Shown: positions 60,401 through 64,000 of the stretch, one piece after another
Layout: every line of letters begins with the position of its first letter
Position numbering within the stretch: the first letter of the stretch is position 1
NCBI GenBank assembly: GCA_016748015.1
Contig: JAAOMT010000703.1
Coordinates: forward strand, 434,001 to 498,000
Direction: 5' to 3'
DNA length: 64,000 nt
DNA from: Geosiphon pyriformis uo1
Taxonomy: Eukaryota > Fungi > Glomeromycota
The notes under the pieces: generated by a model
The model's input: the letters and a program-made list of their open reading frames with translations, nothing else
The model's database searches: none
Told to the model about the DNA's origin: nothing
Translations under genes and position numbers: made by a program

Positions 60401-63367
60401 TTAATAGTATAGTTGGTTATTTTAAATAAAATAATTATGAACTTGTTTTTATATAATACTTTATTCTTGTTAAAATAATTTTTTCTTAAACTATAGTGTT
60501 AATAAATACTGGTATAATCACTAATAAATAATTGTATTTATGGATTCAAAATTAAATTTGTGTTATTCTTAACAAATTGTTAGCATTAATGTTCTTAGTT
60601 CTTTTTTTATAATATATTTTATATGAAAACTGTTGTAAATAAGTACTTTATCATACATATTTTTTTCTAATTGTGGCTTGCTAAGTAATCAAATGAGTCT
60701 TTTATAATCTGTATATAAGTTAAATAGTTAACAAAAGTAGTGTTTAGTAAATAATAAAACATTTCAAATTTGTTATGTTGTATATTTTCTCTATAGTACT
60801 AGTACTACAACTGGTATAAACAATTGGATGTTTTTAATTGTCTAATCCAATTTAAAACAAGATGGCTTTTAATGCATTTTTTAAAGTATCTGTAACAATA
60901 ATAAAACATTTATTAAAGTTTGAATAAATTAATATTGGAGCTTTTATTAAGTATTACTTAAGACAATCAAAACTTTTTTGTTTGTTTTTTTCTATAATTA
61001 TGGAACATGTTTTGACAGCAAGTAATGAAGTAATTTTGTAATATTTAAAAAACTTCTGAAAAATCAGCAGTAATATTCAGCCAGTTTTAAGAATTTTTTT
61101 AATTCTTGTAAATTAATTGGAACTAAAAAGTCTTTGATCTTTTTTATCTTATCTAGATTTGGTTTTACTTCATCTTTTTTTATTACATGTTCTAAAAATT
61201 TTAGTTTAATTTTTTTAAAAAAGCATTTATTTAGATTAAGCTTTAGTTTAGTGTCTTATAAATAATCAAAAACTTGTTAAAAGTAGAACAGATAGTTATC
61301 AAATATTTCAGAAAACACATTAATATTGTTAGATATACTACAACTGATTTCCAAAGAATTTTTTTGTATATAACATCCATGAAATGTTGAAAGATAACTG
61401 GAGTATTACAAAGTCCAAAAAGCATTATATTAAATTCAAAGTTTTTATTTTGTATAATAAATGTCATTTTTTTTTATTTTTGGAGTTCATTTCAATTTGC
61501 CAATACCTACTGGTTAAATTTAAAGAAAAAAATCATTTCTTGTTTCCTAGATTATCCAAAATTTTTTAATAAGAAAAATTAAGTAGTTATCTTCTTAAGT
61601 AATGCTGTTGAATTTTTAGTAATCTATACAGAATCATATTTTCCCATTTTTTTTGGTAACTAATACTATTGAGAAAAACCAAGAACTTAATAATTTCTTG
61701 ATTAATTTATTATTTAGCATTTATTGTACTTTCTATTTAATTAGGTTATTGTTTACTGAAATTATTTAGTAGGTTCATTTTTTAATGAATTTGGTATTTT
61801 TTATGTCAATCTGATGTTTTATGATATTAGTACATCTGAATTTGTTTTTGCTGACAAAAATATCAGCATATTGGTTTAAAAAAACTTTAAATTACATTTA
61901 TTATAAGATACTTAAGTTTTTTAGATTTAATTTAGTGATTTTTTTTGGTATAAACAAGTAGTTTTTTTTTGGCAGGTTCTATATTTGCAAAGTAATATTA
62001 CAAAATAAGAACAATTAGGCAAAGTCTAAGATAAGCTGAAATCTCTTAAGATTCTAAATATCTGGAAAAATAGAACCAATAAAAATCTCTTTAGAAATCT
62101 TAATAATATTTTTAATAAGATTGTGGATGGAAATTTTGAAGTGTTTGTGGACTTTGGTAAATATATATAAGTTAACAACATTAGTTAAAAAACAAATTTA
62201 TAAATTAGTTTTAAATAATAAAGCTTGATTCTAAATTTTCCAATACACTTTTAGAATATATTATTAATATAGAGAAATAAAAATAATCATGTCAATATAA
62301 ATGAATTTTATTTTATCATTGTTATTTTCTATAAAATAACCGGTATGTTTTTTTTTCTACTTAATCTGAATTCATTAACTCTTTAAACAATAAAACTTAA
62401 TTCTTTGCACATAGTAATTGAAGTTAATAATATTATTTTTACAAAAGACAAAAAAATAGCTTGGGCAATCTTTTTTTGTAATTCAATTATATAGGATTTA
62501 TTAGAATTGTTTTGTAATATTATAACAATGTTTTTTGTATATTCCAAGTTGATAATTTCTTTTTTTATGTTGATTTTTTTTTGTAAAGCTAAATTGAGAT
62601 ACAACTTGGACTATAATACTAATAAGAATTTTTAAAGCTATTTTCATATTTATTTTTACAAAGAAATAGAGTGCTATAACTATGAAGGATTGTTTAGAAT
62701 ATTTTAAATCAAATTCAGTATTATTTTTATGTGTCTTTTTAATATATATTTTATTATTATTATTATTATTATTATACCACTTTAATTGTAATTCTTTGGA
62801 AAAATTAAAATAGACAAGATATTGTTTTATTTTGGTAATCTTACTTGGCTCTTAAAATAACATGTTTTCAGCTATAAGTTTATATTTTTTTTTATGTTTT
62901 GGTAGTTTAGAGATAGAATATAGTGTTTTTGGGTGTGAATTAAACAAGAAATCACACTTATCACAATACTAAAAATAACAAGAAATTAGACAATAATTGT
63001 ATAGTTTTGTATTAAGATTAGCTAGTTTTTGTTTCTGTTTTTCTTAATGTTACAGATAATTATTTGGGGTGTTAAAACAAATAACAAACCCATAACTTGG
63101 TGCTCAATAGCTGAAAATATTGGTAATTTCTAAAGGTTTTAAAGTCTAAAAGTTTTGATTAAGTTCTTTATATAATGCACAAAAATTCAATTAATAATTT
63201 TTTTTGTGAATTTCTTTTTTCAGTATAATGGCCAGTTGTGCTCTTTTGATAAGCTATCTTTAAATTTTTACCCTTATTCCCAGATTTTTTATCAGGCTAT
63301 TCTTGATGTCAAATACTTAGTATTTAATTTCTTTAATCAATTAGTAAACAACAAAAAAATAAAACAA

Positions 63368-63399
<32 letters not shown>

Positions 63400-64000
63400 T
63401 AAAAAATTAGTATCTTGTTAATAGCTGTGATCAAAAGCTATTGGTCTAATATAGTTAAGTATTGAATTCTATTAACATAAAATATTGATAGAATAAAAGC
63501 AATTAATATTTCTTAATTAAATGACAATAATATAAATTTAGAAGATAATTGATATTTTATTAATATGTAATTTGATTCCACTTCAAGTTATAGAAAACTA
63601 TTTTTTAAAGAAAGAGGTATAAGATAACTAATAGATTATAATATTGATTTTGAACTGAGTTCTTAGAGGGATTTTTTTTTGTTTCTAATACTCTTACTAT
63701 ATATACTTAATTAGTATTATACAAGATTCCTTGAATTTTTTTAATTTTTTTAACCAGAAATCTTGAAATTTCTGGAATTTTATAATTCCTTAAGAGGAAT
63801 TCTGAAATTTTTCTTTTACTATGCCTAATTTTAATTGATTATTTTATCTTCTTATTAAGAATTCCTAAATTTTTATAAGTAATAATAACTACTATTATGT
63901 ATTAATTGTCTTTATTGGTTATAGTTAATGGTCTAATTAAGTTAATTCCAATTCAATCAAATAATTGTTTTATTTTAATTGGTTTTAATGATTTATTGGG
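57443..64000 (-). mobile_element. Heavily decayed dUTPase-bearing Gypsy element running off the window
   Basis: Decayed LTR at 57443-58426 related to the 51229 family; integrase remnants at ~59400-60400; RT (EFNIMLFGLCNTP, VVVYL); dUTPase (LQNNSNKSYIIELQKKIAQAIF). Confidence 0.8.
63048..63884 (-). repeat. Older LTR related to the 26897 family, probably solo
   Basis: tgttacagataattatt..aacaaacccataacttggtgctcaat..aagtaata is colinear with 26897-27794. Confidence 0.8.

Noticed and set aside
63044-63888. TSD for the 63048 LTR (ttaa vs ataa)
   Set aside because: The flanks mismatch and are too decayed, so they were not counted as evidence for CpG targeting.

Overview
AT-rich, intron-rich eukaryotic DNA, most consistent with a Glomeromycotina fungus. 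The repeat families resemble those I recall from Geosiphon pyriformis, but I could not verify this. There are two CpG-retaining gene islands. The first (~0.8-16.0 kb) holds a long coiled-coil protein, eIF3g and MTO1 head-to-head, an apparently broken VAC7-like gene and an unknown membrane protein. The second (~43.1-47.7 kb) holds a CysPc-C2L-C2 calpain and pinin. Two retrotransposon blocks (16.05-43.04 kb and 47.75-64 kb) fill the rest, and every element I can orient lies on the minus strand. They contain a near full-length LINE (ORF1 RRM/CCHC; ORF2 APE-RT-RNase H) split by a dUTPase-encoding Ty3/Gypsy element, an ORF1-only non-LTR element sharing the LINE 3' tail, nested LTR elements and very AT-rich relics. 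Main signals: (1) all four resolvable LTR insertions have 4-bp target duplications centred on CpG or its deamination product, and all lie inside other transposons; (2) repeat-restricted C>T/G>A hypermutation that is mostly outside CpG; (3) head-to-tail non-LTR arrays whose tails point at gene starts; (4) a U5 anti-PBS hairpin in two LTR families. Relic boundaries are approximate, and all alignments were done by eye.
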